Part shown: positions 8,077-17,659 of the stretch, piece by piece
Numbering within the stretch: the stretch's first letter is position 1
Layout of the letters: every line of letters starts with the position of its first letter
Source of the DNA: Fibrobacterales bacterium
GTDB lineage: Bacteria; Fibrobacterota; Fibrobacteria; Fibrobacterales; JAOPTW01
DNA: 64,000 nucleotides
Assembly (NCBI GenBank): GCA_051532035.1
Contig: JAOPTW010000018.1
Coordinates: 5,770 to 69,769 of the forward strand
Reading direction: 5' to 3'
The notes under the pieces: generated by a model
What the model was told of the DNA's origin: nothing
The model's input: only the letters and a program-made list of their open reading frames with translations
Databases searched by the model: none
Translations under genes and position numbers: made by a program

Positions 8077-10521
8077 CTAATACATTGCAGAGAGATACGA
8101 TTGAGGCACTATCTGAGTATTATTTCTATTTATGAGTGTAATAATATACGCACCTGGTTGTATGTTGAGTGTGCTGCTACGTAACGGTAATTGAAGAGAT
8201 GTAATATCTTGGGTAGTAACTAACCGTCCAGAGATGTCTCTAACTTCGAGTACGGTATACTCCCTGAGTGTTACAGTATTAATACTATGAATGCTTCTAT
8301 TTATAGTACTTGTATAATCACTCGTTTTACTATCTTTCTCATCAATCTGCCCCTGTTGGTTGATCGCAGGATTTTCAACTTCAAGTATCCCGGTATCTTC
8401 TTTGGTGTCCTCATCTTGCTGAAAGACAGGTGGACTTCTATCCTCAGTTGTATCATGAATCGCAGCATCGGCTTGCTCTTGTTTAACTTCTGTATAATTT
8501 ACGTTGTCATTTATCTGTGTGTCATCTTTAATTTCCTGCTCTCTCTCTGTAACAGGTAGGTCTTTTCCCTTAGTTGTAATAAGTTCATCTTCAACAGTCT
8601 GTTCTTGTTGAGCAACTGTTGAAGCTTCCTCCTCACTTATCGCGGTATCTTTATTATTTACCTGAGCCTTTTGGGTGATTGATTGGTTCTCGTCCACACT
8701 TGTATTGTTGTCAGGTGGTGTAGAATTCGTAATTGGAGTTAATACTTTACTCGTCGCTTTTTTAATCCATACAATCCAGTCATTATGAGTATTGTTTGGA
8801 GGATATCCAATAGACATTCCAGTGCCCCCTTTGCCTTTTTTCTGAGAGCCGACTTTGAATGTTCCACCGTTTCTCGGATCAAACCATTGTATTGTGTATT
8901 CGCCCTTAGGGAGAGAAATTGTACGTGTTCCACCATTCTTTAGATATAAGAGGGCATTGGTTTTATTTTTAAGGGTCCACCCATCTTTTATAAAACCATC
9001 GTTCGGGTTAAGGTTTTGAAACGGAATCTTTTTTTGCATAAACTGTGCCGCAATACCTGCAACCTTATAATACTGGTCATATCGTTTAAGACTTTCAATT
9101 ACAATGTCTTTACCGGCTCCAATATAAAGCTCCGAGCCCGCTCCTCCCGCCATGATCGTGCCCCAGACAACCTCTTTTCGCCAATGATCGACGCTATATG
9201 TCTCTGGGCCAGTCCATGCTTCGTCCATACTTACAACCCATTTTCTACCAGCTTGAGCTGATTTGTTTCTCCAAAATTGGATTTTGTTATGAACATTTTT
9301 TTCGTAATCCCACTGAAATGAAGGTCCACTATAACTTTTATTACCAAGCAATGAATAAAATATTCCATCATCAGTTGATGGGCCATTGTGTACTACAATG
9401 TGGTCATTGTAATAAGTGAGTTTCTTGAGATACTCGGCAAATACCTTTCGTTGATAATCTGTATTGGGTGAATGGTGACCACTACCTTCATTCCAGCCAT
9501 TTTCTTCTCCAATGTTCCACGTTATTGCCAAATGATAGCCAAAACGCGCAACGAGTTCTCGGTAATAAATTTTTCTTAGCGCTGAAAAGCCTGCTGGTGA
9601 TCCGAATTCTACGTTTTCAAATAAGGCTTCATTTTCAGTTTCAGTTAATACAAAATGGAGCATCATTCCTTTCCTATCAAAATGTTTAAAGAGTTTATCC
9701 CACTGTGCTAGTTTTGAGCAGTCATACCGATATAACTGTTTTGTGTTTATCCATGGCCATGCCTTACCGCCATCACCTTCGTGATTGTTGGTTAAAAAAT
9801 AGACTGCATTTATATTTCTATAAGCCAAGTAATTTATTGTTCCAATAATTCCTTTACCTTTTCCATTATTCCAAGTAGGGTCACCTGGTTTCCAATCCGA
9901 AATGTGGTTGCTATATGTTCTTCCAGAGGGAGTATTGTCAAAACCAGCATACTCAAGAAATACTTCAGGGCTGTTTGCTCCTGCCTTCATAAAGTATGAA
10001 TCACTCCCCTGGAAACGCAAATAATGCTCTCCTACATATTCAAGTTTACCTTTACCTCTCAAGTTCCGATCGTGCTTAGGGATATCTGTAGGGTTAATAG
10101 TAAAACTACCGGAGTTTTGATCAAAATATTTTGCTGATACTCCTCCCGAAAGGGTTCCTGCAATCATTGTACCTTTTACAAAATGAGCTTTATAATTCCA
10201 GGTTCCTGGTTCATTGGGAGGGAACTTTACTAGCCAGATATTTCCTTTTTGAGCTCCTGTTTTATGTGACTTACCATCGGCAGCATAATAGCCGGGAACT
10301 TTAAATTTTTTACCACTAGGACTTTTAAATGTAACATCAAGGCGATATTGGGTGAATGGATTAGGAGTTGCTGTTTCGGATGTTTGTGGCCCTTTGAAAG
10401 CAATGGTCACTGGGTGCCAAACTTTAAATTGCCCTTTGATAATATCGGGGCTTTCAATTACCTGACTAAAAAGCAGTTGAGCTCCTAAAAAAAATATGGA
10501 TAGTGTGATTGAAATTTTCAT
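8077..10521 (-). CDS. Secreted DUF5060 / putative glycoside-hydrolase-like protein with collagen-binding-type domain, acidic linker and T9SS-like CTD
   Basis: 'WHPVTIAFKGP..SET..PNPF.QYRLDVTF', 'VPGYYAADG', 'WNIGEEN', 'QWFDPRNGG'; C-terminal 'LEVRDISGRLV...PGAYIITL'. Confidence 0.8.
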   Translation of the reverse strand: MKISITLSIFFLGAQLLFSQVIESPDIIKGQFKVWHPVTIAFKGPQTSETATPNPFTQYRLDVTFKSPSGKKFKVPGYYAADGKSHKTGAQKGNIWLVKFPPNEPGTWNYKAHFVKGTMIAGTLSGGVSAKYFDQNSGSFTINPTDIPKHDRNLRGKGKLEYVGEHYLRFQGSDSYFMKAGANSPEVFLEYAGFDNTPSGRTYSNHISDWKPGDPTWNNGKGKGIIGTINYLAYRNINAVYFLTNNHEGDGGKAWPWINTKQLYRYDCSKLAQWDKLFKHFDRKGMMLHFVLTETENEALFENVEFGSPAGFSALRKIYYRELVARFGYHLAITWNIGEENGWNEGSGHHSPNTDYQRKVFAEYLKKLTYYNDHIVVHNGPSTDDGIFYSLLGNKSYSGPSFQWDYEKNVHNKIQFWRNKSAQAGRKWVVSMDEAWTGPETYSVDHWRKEVVWGTIMAGGAGSELYIGAGKDIVIESLKRYDQYYKVAGIAAQFMQKKIPFQNLNPNDGFIKDGWTLKNKTNALLYLKNGGTRTISLPKGEYTIQWFDPRNGGTFKVGSQKKGKGGTGMSIGYPPNNTHNDWIVWIKKATSKVLTPITNSTPPDNNTSVDENQSITQKAQVNNKDTAISEEEASTVAQQEQTVEDELITTKGKDLPVTEREQEIKDDTQINDNVNYTEVKQEQADAAIHDTTEDRSPPVFQQDEDTKEDTGILEVENPAINQQGQIDEKDSKTSDYTSTINRSIHSINTVTLREYTVLEVRDISGRLVTTQDITSLQLPLRSSTLNIQPGAYIITLINRNNTQIVPQSYLSAMY

Positions 10522-10873
10522 GTGTTACCCCCGTATACATGGCTACTATACTGTTTAGTAGATGTCTAATATATCCAAACAATTATTGAAATGAAACAAG
10601 ATAGTGTAATGTAAACACTAAATTACGTTTGGGTACAAGCCTTATACTGATATTGTGGTTATTTTAGTTGGTGTAAGAACATAATTACTATGAGAATTAC
10701 TATTAGGAAACATATGAATGGCGTACTCAAAACGTTCGCGTGAGTAAATAGAAGGTAACACTCGAACGATTCAAGTGATTACAAATAAAAATTTCTCCTA
10801 ATAGTTTATATTAAACGGGATACTCGCAAATAGAGTGTTCTACCTATATCTGGTTATTATTTTCTGGGGGCGT

Positions 10874-13800
10874 ATGCAAATATTCAACGTTAAATCGATA
10901 AATACACTGAAGATCACTTTAAAATTTGAGTACCTATTCATTGCAGTGCTTTTTTTCATGCAAGTAGGCTATACACAAATTTCAAATAAACATTATCTTC
11001 CCCCAATTTTTGGTGTAGGGAGTAATGTTACCGAGTTCAAAATAGTATTGACGACCATAGAAAAGGAACCTTTTGAAGTAACCATTGAAAACGGTGATGG
11101 CACCTTTGAAGAGAGTGTAACAATCAGTTTCGAGAACCCTCAGGAAGTTTACACACCAAAAATAGGTGCTGGTAAGAAGGGGTTTCTTGGGTTCCCTATG
11201 GTAGATGATTCTCACGATACAAATCAGGATCAGCTTTTAGAATATCTCAACACCCCACTTCCTGACCATGGATTTATTCTTAAAGCCGACAAACCATTTT
11301 TTGCAAATTATATGGCAATTGTTCCCTCACAAGGAGAAATACTAACCTCCAAAGGTAAAACGGCTATAGGGAGAGAGTTTTATGCGGGCTATCAGCATAT
11401 GAATTATGTAGAAGAGTCAGCCCACATTAAATCTCATTTTACCTCAGTCATGGCACTCCAGGATGATACAGAGGTAGAGTTTTATAATAGTAGAATTCTT
11501 TATTACGGGCAGAATGAAAAACGCTTTACCGTGACCCTTAATAAAGGGGAATCATATATCGTTGGCAATTCTGCTATTGGCATAAAAGAGATGTGTGGTG
11601 AAAGTGATGAGTGTATGAATGGTTATAATGGAACAAAAATTACTGCCACAGATGATATTGTAGTGAATAGTGGTTCGGTACACGGTGGGTATGATAAACG
11701 AGGCGGAATGGCCCGTGATATCGGGTTCGACCAAATTGTTCCCGTAGAGTATTCTGGGAAAGAATTTATAGTGGTAGAAGGTAACGGTGGTGAAGATAAT
11801 TCTACCAATGAAGTGGTGATTGTAATAGCGACAGAAGATGACACTGAAATATCAATCAACGGAAAAAGTACGGTAACGCTTAAAAATGAAGGCGACTATA
11901 CCATAATCCCCTGGGAAGAATATGATGACTACACTATGTATTTGAATGCCGATAAAAATATATATGTCTACCAGACCCTTGCCGGCAATACGAGTGCGGT
12001 GTCACCTGGTATGATGTTTATACCGCGGTTATCGACAAGTGCAGCCAGAGAAGTTCTCATTTCGGGGTTAGGTATGTTCTTTAAAAATAGCACAGAAGAT
12101 ACTGACCAGCCATCAATGTTTATTGTTACTCAGAAAAATGCTGAACTCACCATAAACACTAAGACCGTACCACAAGACTCTGCTAAGAGCATTGCAGGCA
12201 CTGGTAATTGGGTAGCGTATCGTATAACCGATTTGAGCCCCTATGGTAAAAGGGATGATGATATATATGCTACTTCAACTCATGCCATGGCTGCAGCGGT
12301 TACCTTTATATCGAAAGATGTTGGAGGTGGTGGCTATTATTCCGGGTTCACAGAAATTCCATCCAAAGTAGGGCTCGGAGATCTTGGTGTAAAAAAAGAT
12401 ACCATCTCTTGTGCTGAAACAATTGACCTTTTTGCAAAAGATTCTCGCTCCTATACCTGGACAAGTTTTGACGATGACCATATGGAGCTTCTCGAAAAAG
12501 AAAATGATTCTACGTACATATTTTTGGGAGAAAAATCAACGGGTCCAGGGCCGTATGTTTATAGAGTCATTACCGAATATTTATCACAGACTGGTGCTGT
12601 TATTAATGATACCGCAGATCTTTCTGTGTATGTACAATGTTCAAATATAGAGTCGGCTTCGATTCATGATGTTGATGGTGATGGGATAGGTGAAACAATA
12701 CGAATTGTGTTTGACAATCCGGTCACCACCCTGCAGGATGATATATCATCAATTGATTGGCCCGAAGAAGGCAAGAATGATAGAACGGTATCTCGTGAAG
12801 ATGTAAAAATAGAGTCTGATTCAGATACTGAAATAACTCTCTATTTACCTGATGCTTTTAATCGAGCAACAGGTGCTGATGAGGATAATCCTCCAACCCT
12901 CGAGTATAATGGGCAAAAAATTCTTATAGATGATAGTCTCCCACCAGTAATTATATTGGCTACCAAGAAGCCAGCTCGGTATTATCAATATGCAGTCGAA
13001 GAAGATGATAGCCTGACCTATTATATACAATCTGATACGTTGTTGGTGTATACTTCAGAAGAAGTGGTATTCGATAAAAAGTGGGATAAATTATTTGTTG
13101 TAGACCCGAAAGAGGGGGACGAGTATAAACTCAGGTTAAAAGAAAAACCGTTCTATAGAGATGGAGAAGGGAATAGCTCTGAGCTCGTTTTGGTAATTGA
13201 TCCTGAAAAAGTTCGCTATATTCCAAAAGTTGGAGATGAAATATCTTTGAGTACGAGTGGCCAGATAAGTGATGCACTTAATAATATTCCTCATGAACAA
13301 TTTGTAACCATTGAAGGAAGAAATGGAAAGAGACAAAATTATAGTGTTACCTTTCGAAACCCTGTTGTCGGGGTAGAACAGTCTCCTGCCTATCTTACTA
13401 ATGAGCGGGTTCCGGTGTATGATGCTGATGGTGAGTTATTGGAGGAGAAGGAGTTAGGGCGGGTTTATTTAACAGACCAATGGGTGACTCCTGTCCAGTT
13501 TAAAGATGGTGCTCTTGATAAGGGGTATCAGTGCGATGACGATGATGAAGATGATGAGCGAGATAGTGATGTAGAACAATCAACCTTTGACTTTGAGTGT
13601 TATGCTTCACTCGTACTCGGGACCTATGAACAGGAAGGGGCATACAGCACAACCATTTATGTTTTCGATCAGCTTGGTCAATTCGTTGATACATGGACAC
13701 AAACATTTGGACAATGTGGTGAATTTGAAAATGAGCATAGGCAAAGCCTGAGCAACATTTCTGGAATTATCGTTAATGATCTGGTATGGGATCTAAAAGG

Positions 13801-13927
13801 GTATAGTGGTCGAAGAGTTGGTGCCGGTGTGTACACATGGCAGATTGTTACAACCTTTGAATCTGGTACGAAAATACAAGACCAAAGAAGTATGGGAGTC
13901 CTTCGCATTAATGAAGAGTGTCGGTAG
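10874..13927 (+). CDS. Large secreted IgGFc-binding-domain protein with stalk module and T9SS type-B/FlgD-like C-terminus
   Basis: 'LTSKGKTAIGREFY', 'FDQIVPVEYSGKEFIVVEG', 'VIATEDDTEISING'; C-terminal 'VFDQLGQFV...WDLKGYSGRRVGAGVYTW'; start placed at ATG 10874 after GGGGG (ORF track start is 10835). Confidence 0.75.
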   Translation: MQIFNVKSINTLKITLKFEYLFIAVLFFMQVGYTQISNKHYLPPIFGVGSNVTEFKIVLTTIEKEPFEVTIENGDGTFEESVTISFENPQEVYTPKIGAGKKGFLGFPMVDDSHDTNQDQLLEYLNTPLPDHGFILKADKPFFANYMAIVPSQGEILTSKGKTAIGREFYAGYQHMNYVEESAHIKSHFTSVMALQDDTEVEFYNSRILYYGQNEKRFTVTLNKGESYIVGNSAIGIKEMCGESDECMNGYNGTKITATDDIVVNSGSVHGGYDKRGGMARDIGFDQIVPVEYSGKEFIVVEGNGGEDNSTNEVVIVIATEDDTEISINGKSTVTLKNEGDYTIIPWEEYDDYTMYLNADKNIYVYQTLAGNTSAVSPGMMFIPRLSTSAAREVLISGLGMFFKNSTEDTDQPSMFIVTQKNAELTINTKTVPQDSAKSIAGTGNWVAYRITDLSPYGKRDDDIYATSTHAMAAAVTFISKDVGGGGYYSGFTEIPSKVGLGDLGVKKDTISCAETIDLFAKDSRSYTWTSFDDDHMELLEKENDSTYIFLGEKSTGPGPYVYRVITEYLSQTGAVINDTADLSVYVQCSNIESASIHDVDGDGIGETIRIVFDNPVTTLQDDISSIDWPEEGKNDRTVSREDVKIESDSDTEITLYLPDAFNRATGADEDNPPTLEYNGQKILIDDSLPPVIILATKKPARYYQYAVEEDDSLTYYIQSDTLLVYTSEEVVFDKKWDKLFVVDPKEGDEYKLRLKEKPFYRDGEGNSSELVLVIDPEKVRYIPKVGDEISLSTSGQISDALNNIPHEQFVTIEGRNGKRQNYSVTFRNPVVGVEQSPAYLTNERVPVYDADGELLEEKELGRVYLTDQWVTPVQFKDGALDKGYQCDDDDEDDERDSDVEQSTFDFECYASLVLGTYEQEGAYSTTIYVFDQLGQFVDTWTQTFGQCGEFENEHRQSLSNISGIIVNDLVWDLKGYSGRRVGAGVYTWQIVTTFESGTKIQDQRSMGVLRINEECR

Positions 13928-14187
13928 CTCTAGTGTGATGCCTGACCCGCTAGATTTACCGGACACGCTTATCAAGTAAATCAAGCCATATAAAAATTCT
14001 GAATTCTTAAAAGAATAATATCGATTTCACCTGTATTTGCGTTGACATTTGTTGACGGGAATTAAGTGTTTTATTTGATCTATTATAATTAGAGATAATG
14101 TTGTTGTGCTTAAGTTGTTTTTTGATTATTCTACTTATGAAAAACTATCCATGCATAATATGAAATAGAAAGAAAGGGAGTAAAATA

Positions 14188-15306
14188 ATGGGAAGGGTAA
14201 CCAGCTGTGTACTATGTGTAATAATGTTTTTATGTGGATGTGGTACTAGTGAAAACCTATCTTCTGAGGTACTACAAGGGAGTAGTTCAGAGAGAACAGA
14301 GGATTCGAGTAGTAGTCTCTTAATACATTCTTCAAGTAATTCAGAAAGCTCTGATGAGAGCGGCCTGCAGTCAAGTGAATGGAGTTCGAATCGAGAACCT
14401 GAATCAAGTGAATTCACCGTATCGAGTAATGGTGCGTTATCAAGTGAAACTCCGAGTTCAAGTAGTATCATTATTGAGTCGTCTGTTGAACAAAAGTATT
14501 CATCAAGTGAAGTGTTGAGAGGGAGCTCTGCTGAACCTGAGGATACACAAAAAGAATATAGATCTATGACGGTACTCGATTGGAATATTCATTACGAAAA
14601 TACAAATACTCAGGGAATTGCCCGAATTATCAATGAGGTAGATCCGGATGTTGTGGGTCTGTGTGAATTTACCACATCTACTGAATCCCTCGTGAGTGAT
14701 CTTGCCAATGTGAGTAATAGAAACTTCCAGTTACAACCAGGCCGCCCTACGTCTAAGGGTTATGGGACTGATATCTTTTATGATGCAAATAAATGGGAGG
14801 CTCTTGAGGGTGGCGTTGAGTCTGTCTCCTGCTCGGGTACCCAGGGAGGCGATCGAGCTGCAAACTGGGTAGTGCTCAAAGATCGAGAAAGTGACATGGT
14901 GTTCATTACGGGTGGCATACACCTTTCTGCGTGTAAAGGAGGGTGTGATGAGACAAAGGAATGTGAACTCGGTAAGGCTTATGATTACTTTGAAGCAATG
15001 AAAGAAAAGTATGATGCTCCGGTAGTCTGGATGGGGGATTTGAATAAAAACATTGATAGTGAAATTATTCAAAAACTTTTTGAGGGACTCATTGGTGATC
15101 GAACTGTTTTTGCTGTTGAAGACATTGCTCAAACCGTTGGAGGTACTTTTCATACAGGAACGTCAGCAATTGATTATATTCTTGCAGAACCCGGTACTTT
15201 TGAATGGGTTAGTGGTGGAAGAACTGAGCATGGGGTGACGGGTGAGTTTCTTGAAGGGGCAGACCATTATCCAATATATAGCCATTTACGATGGGAAGTA
15301 CCGTAG
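14188..15306 (+). CDS. Endonuclease/exonuclease/phosphatase (EEP) family lipoprotein
   Basis: Lipobox LCGC; about 100-aa Ser-rich linker; 'LDWNI', 'PDVVGLCE', 'MGDLN', 'IDYI', 'ADHYPI'. Confidence 0.85.
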   Translation: MGRVTSCVLCVIMFLCGCGTSENLSSEVLQGSSSERTEDSSSSLLIHSSSNSESSDESGLQSSEWSSNREPESSEFTVSSNGALSSETPSSSSIIIESSVEQKYSSSEVLRGSSAEPEDTQKEYRSMTVLDWNIHYENTNTQGIARIINEVDPDVVGLCEFTTSTESLVSDLANVSNRNFQLQPGRPTSKGYGTDIFYDANKWEALEGGVESVSCSGTQGGDRAANWVVLKDRESDMVFITGGIHLSACKGGCDETKECELGKAYDYFEAMKEKYDAPVVWMGDLNKNIDSEIIQKLFEGLIGDRTVFAVEDIAQTVGGTFHTGTSAIDYILAEPGTFEWVSGGRTEHGVTGEFLEGADHYPIYSHLRWEVP

Positions 15307-15381
15307 AATTGTATTTCTTTTCATCAAGAATAAGTGCAGAGTATTGAGTTACCTAAAACGTAGTACAAACCAATTCAACCA

Positions 15382-16896
15382 TTACAAATTGGGTGCATAC
15401 TTACCGGCACTATAATCATCACAAAATGTAGATTCATCACCCTTGTATTTAGGGTCATGGGTAACCAATGCCGGGCGCACTGCCTCCCACAAATCAGAAC
15501 CGTCGTTAGGGTCATAATCCTTTACTACCAATACGAGGTCGAGGCCTTTATGGCCCATAATTATCTGTCCATACATGCCGACTGCACTCCAGACTCCTAC
15601 ATCATACTCTTGATCACATCCCCAAAATCTTCCACAGTCTGTTGCTTCAGATAACCCATGAGGGTACGAAGCATGTATCGGAGAAGGAGCGCATGATGCA
15701 CCGAGCCAGGTAAGGTATCCATATGATTTTTGAGCATCTTCGAACGCGGGGTGCGTCATTTTGTATATCCAAGATTCGTCTAAAATACGCTGCCCATTCC
15801 ATACGCCTTCATGAATAATGAGTAATCCGAGACGTGCCATATCTCGTACAGTGGTGTTCCACCCATAGGCCATAGGAGGGTAGCTTGATCCCCATGAGTT
15901 ATTCCATTTGGAGTGATTCATGCCGAGCGGTTTAAAAATATAATTCTCAGTAAATTCTTTGACGCTGCTCCCGAGTCTTTCTGCGTCTTGTGCAATGGCT
16001 GCGCCCATAATGGTAGCAAGGGTTTGAATTTCTCTGCTGCCGTCGGCATCATACGTAAAACTTTTTGCACCGTGGCTGAGGTCATCATTATAGGCAACCA
16101 TTGCGAGAAGGTGTTCAACATAGGCATCTGAGTTGTATGAGATATCTTTGGCATCGAGCCAATGATCTACTCGGTCGAGCTCAGAGAGGGGACCTGTTTT
16201 ACGGCCATCTGTGGTAATATCTTTTGTCTCATAGGCCACCGTTCCTATGGTTACTGCAGCAAGAGTTTTCGAAGCAGAATAGACATGGGTTAACTCCTCT
16301 ACGTTGGGTTCTCCACTGGGGTAATATTCATGACACAGCTTTCCATAGCGCACCACTGCATACGATCGCCCAATTTGGACATCTGCTGCGGCTAATAAAT
16401 CCGGATCTAATCCACATTCACTTGCCACGTCTTTTGAGGCCACAAGAACCCATGGTTCTGTTCCTGGGTCGGATGTAAGGAGTACTTCGGGTTGACTGCT
16501 ACTTGGAAGAGATTGGGCAGTAGAAGAACTATGCGTAGATGAGTTGGCTGAACTGGTGGCTCTATCCTGTGATGATGTTTGTTCTGAAGAACTATTTGAC
16601 TCAGAAGTTTCTTGGGTCGACGATCCGGTTGTCTGAGATTCTGTTGTGTCACTACTCATTGGTGCGGAAGCATGTGACTCCTTGTCGTCAATTGATACCG
16701 ATTGAGAGAGTGCCTCTGCTGAAGATTTGTCGAGTGCAGTATCCAGTCCTGAAGAGCGAGAATGTTCATTGTGTGAACTAGAGATTTCGAGAGTAGATTC
16801 TGGATTAAGATTTGCATCACCACTACATGCAGATATAAAAAGTATACTACCCCAGAGTACTGAGGGAACGAACAAAAATTTTATAGACAGAGTCAT
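15382..16896 (-). CDS. Serine hydrolase (beta-lactamase/PBP-like family) lipoprotein
   Basis: SxxK 'YSASKT', 'IFKPLGM', 'RDMARLGLL', 'YGYLTW', 'AVGMYGQ'; lipobox ISAC; start moved to ATG 16896 (AGGA 8 nt upstream). Confidence 0.8.
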   Translation of the reverse strand: MTLSIKFLFVPSVLWGSILFISACSGDANLNPESTLEISSSHNEHSRSSGLDTALDKSSAEALSQSVSIDDKESHASAPMSSDTTESQTTGSSTQETSESNSSSEQTSSQDRATSSANSSTHSSSTAQSLPSSSQPEVLLTSDPGTEPWVLVASKDVASECGLDPDLLAAADVQIGRSYAVVRYGKLCHEYYPSGEPNVEELTHVYSASKTLAAVTIGTVAYETKDITTDGRKTGPLSELDRVDHWLDAKDISYNSDAYVEHLLAMVAYNDDLSHGAKSFTYDADGSREIQTLATIMGAAIAQDAERLGSSVKEFTENYIFKPLGMNHSKWNNSWGSSYPPMAYGWNTTVRDMARLGLLIIHEGVWNGQRILDESWIYKMTHPAFEDAQKSYGYLTWLGASCAPSPIHASYPHGLSEATDCGRFWGCDQEYDVGVWSAVGMYGQIIMGHKGLDLVLVVKDYDPNDGSDLWEAVRPALVTHDPKYKGDESTFCDDYSAGKYAPNL

Positions 16897-17659
16897 TATA
16901 CGCATCCTGTTTGAGTTACTTTGAATAGTACCTCGGTATGAATCTATATTATTAGAAATGAAAAACGCTTTTTGTATTGTAAAATATTTCTTGATTAGGT
17001 ATCTGTAGAATACATTATACTCATTGCGGTGAATGAGTATAAACAAGCACAAGCACATATTGGGACAATCATTGGGGATAATGAATATATGTACTTGTGC
17101 TTGTTTTGGGGGAGTCCTCTATATTGTATTGTTGAGAGAAAATCTTCCAAATTAATTCTGTAATCTTTGTAATGCCAAGAGGTGTGCTACTCTCGTCCCA
17201 TCCCTAAGTGTGAAGAATCCCCGGAGCTATTCAATACCCAATAGTGGCATTGCTATTGAATGTGTCTATCGACTATTCCGGAATGTTTCTAATGTTGTAG
17301 AACTAATATAAGTAGAACTTCTTCATAGATCAAAAAATATTTTGCAATATCTGTCAAAATGAATCACAAAATGTTCTCCGATTGTTCTCCAGAGTAAACC
17401 AGTGTAAAAGCAGGGTGCAGCGTTGAGTATTTTGATGTGAATCGTTGCCCATAGGTTGATCAAGCATTACCGCTCAGTCTCTCGGTTGTAAAATAACACC
17501 TACAACAACTCACTGTTCTCAAGCTGCTCTCCAGTGTTAATGATTGTAAATAGGTACTCACCTTCAGACTATTCTCTCAATTTCAGTATATATTTTACTT
17601 ATAAAAATAGGTACTGCTCATAGGGCTAATACCGGTACTATCTACATTAAGGAGATCTT

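Noticed and set aside
13943..13966. TGACCCGCTAGATTTACCGGACAC, reminiscent of an IS3-family end
   Set aside because: No partner inverted repeat, target duplication or transposase remnant is visible; it would need an ISfinder match.
16897..17058. 54-aa N-terminal extension of the serine hydrolase in the ORF track
   Set aside because: It would bury the lipoprotein signal; the RBS fits ATG 16896.
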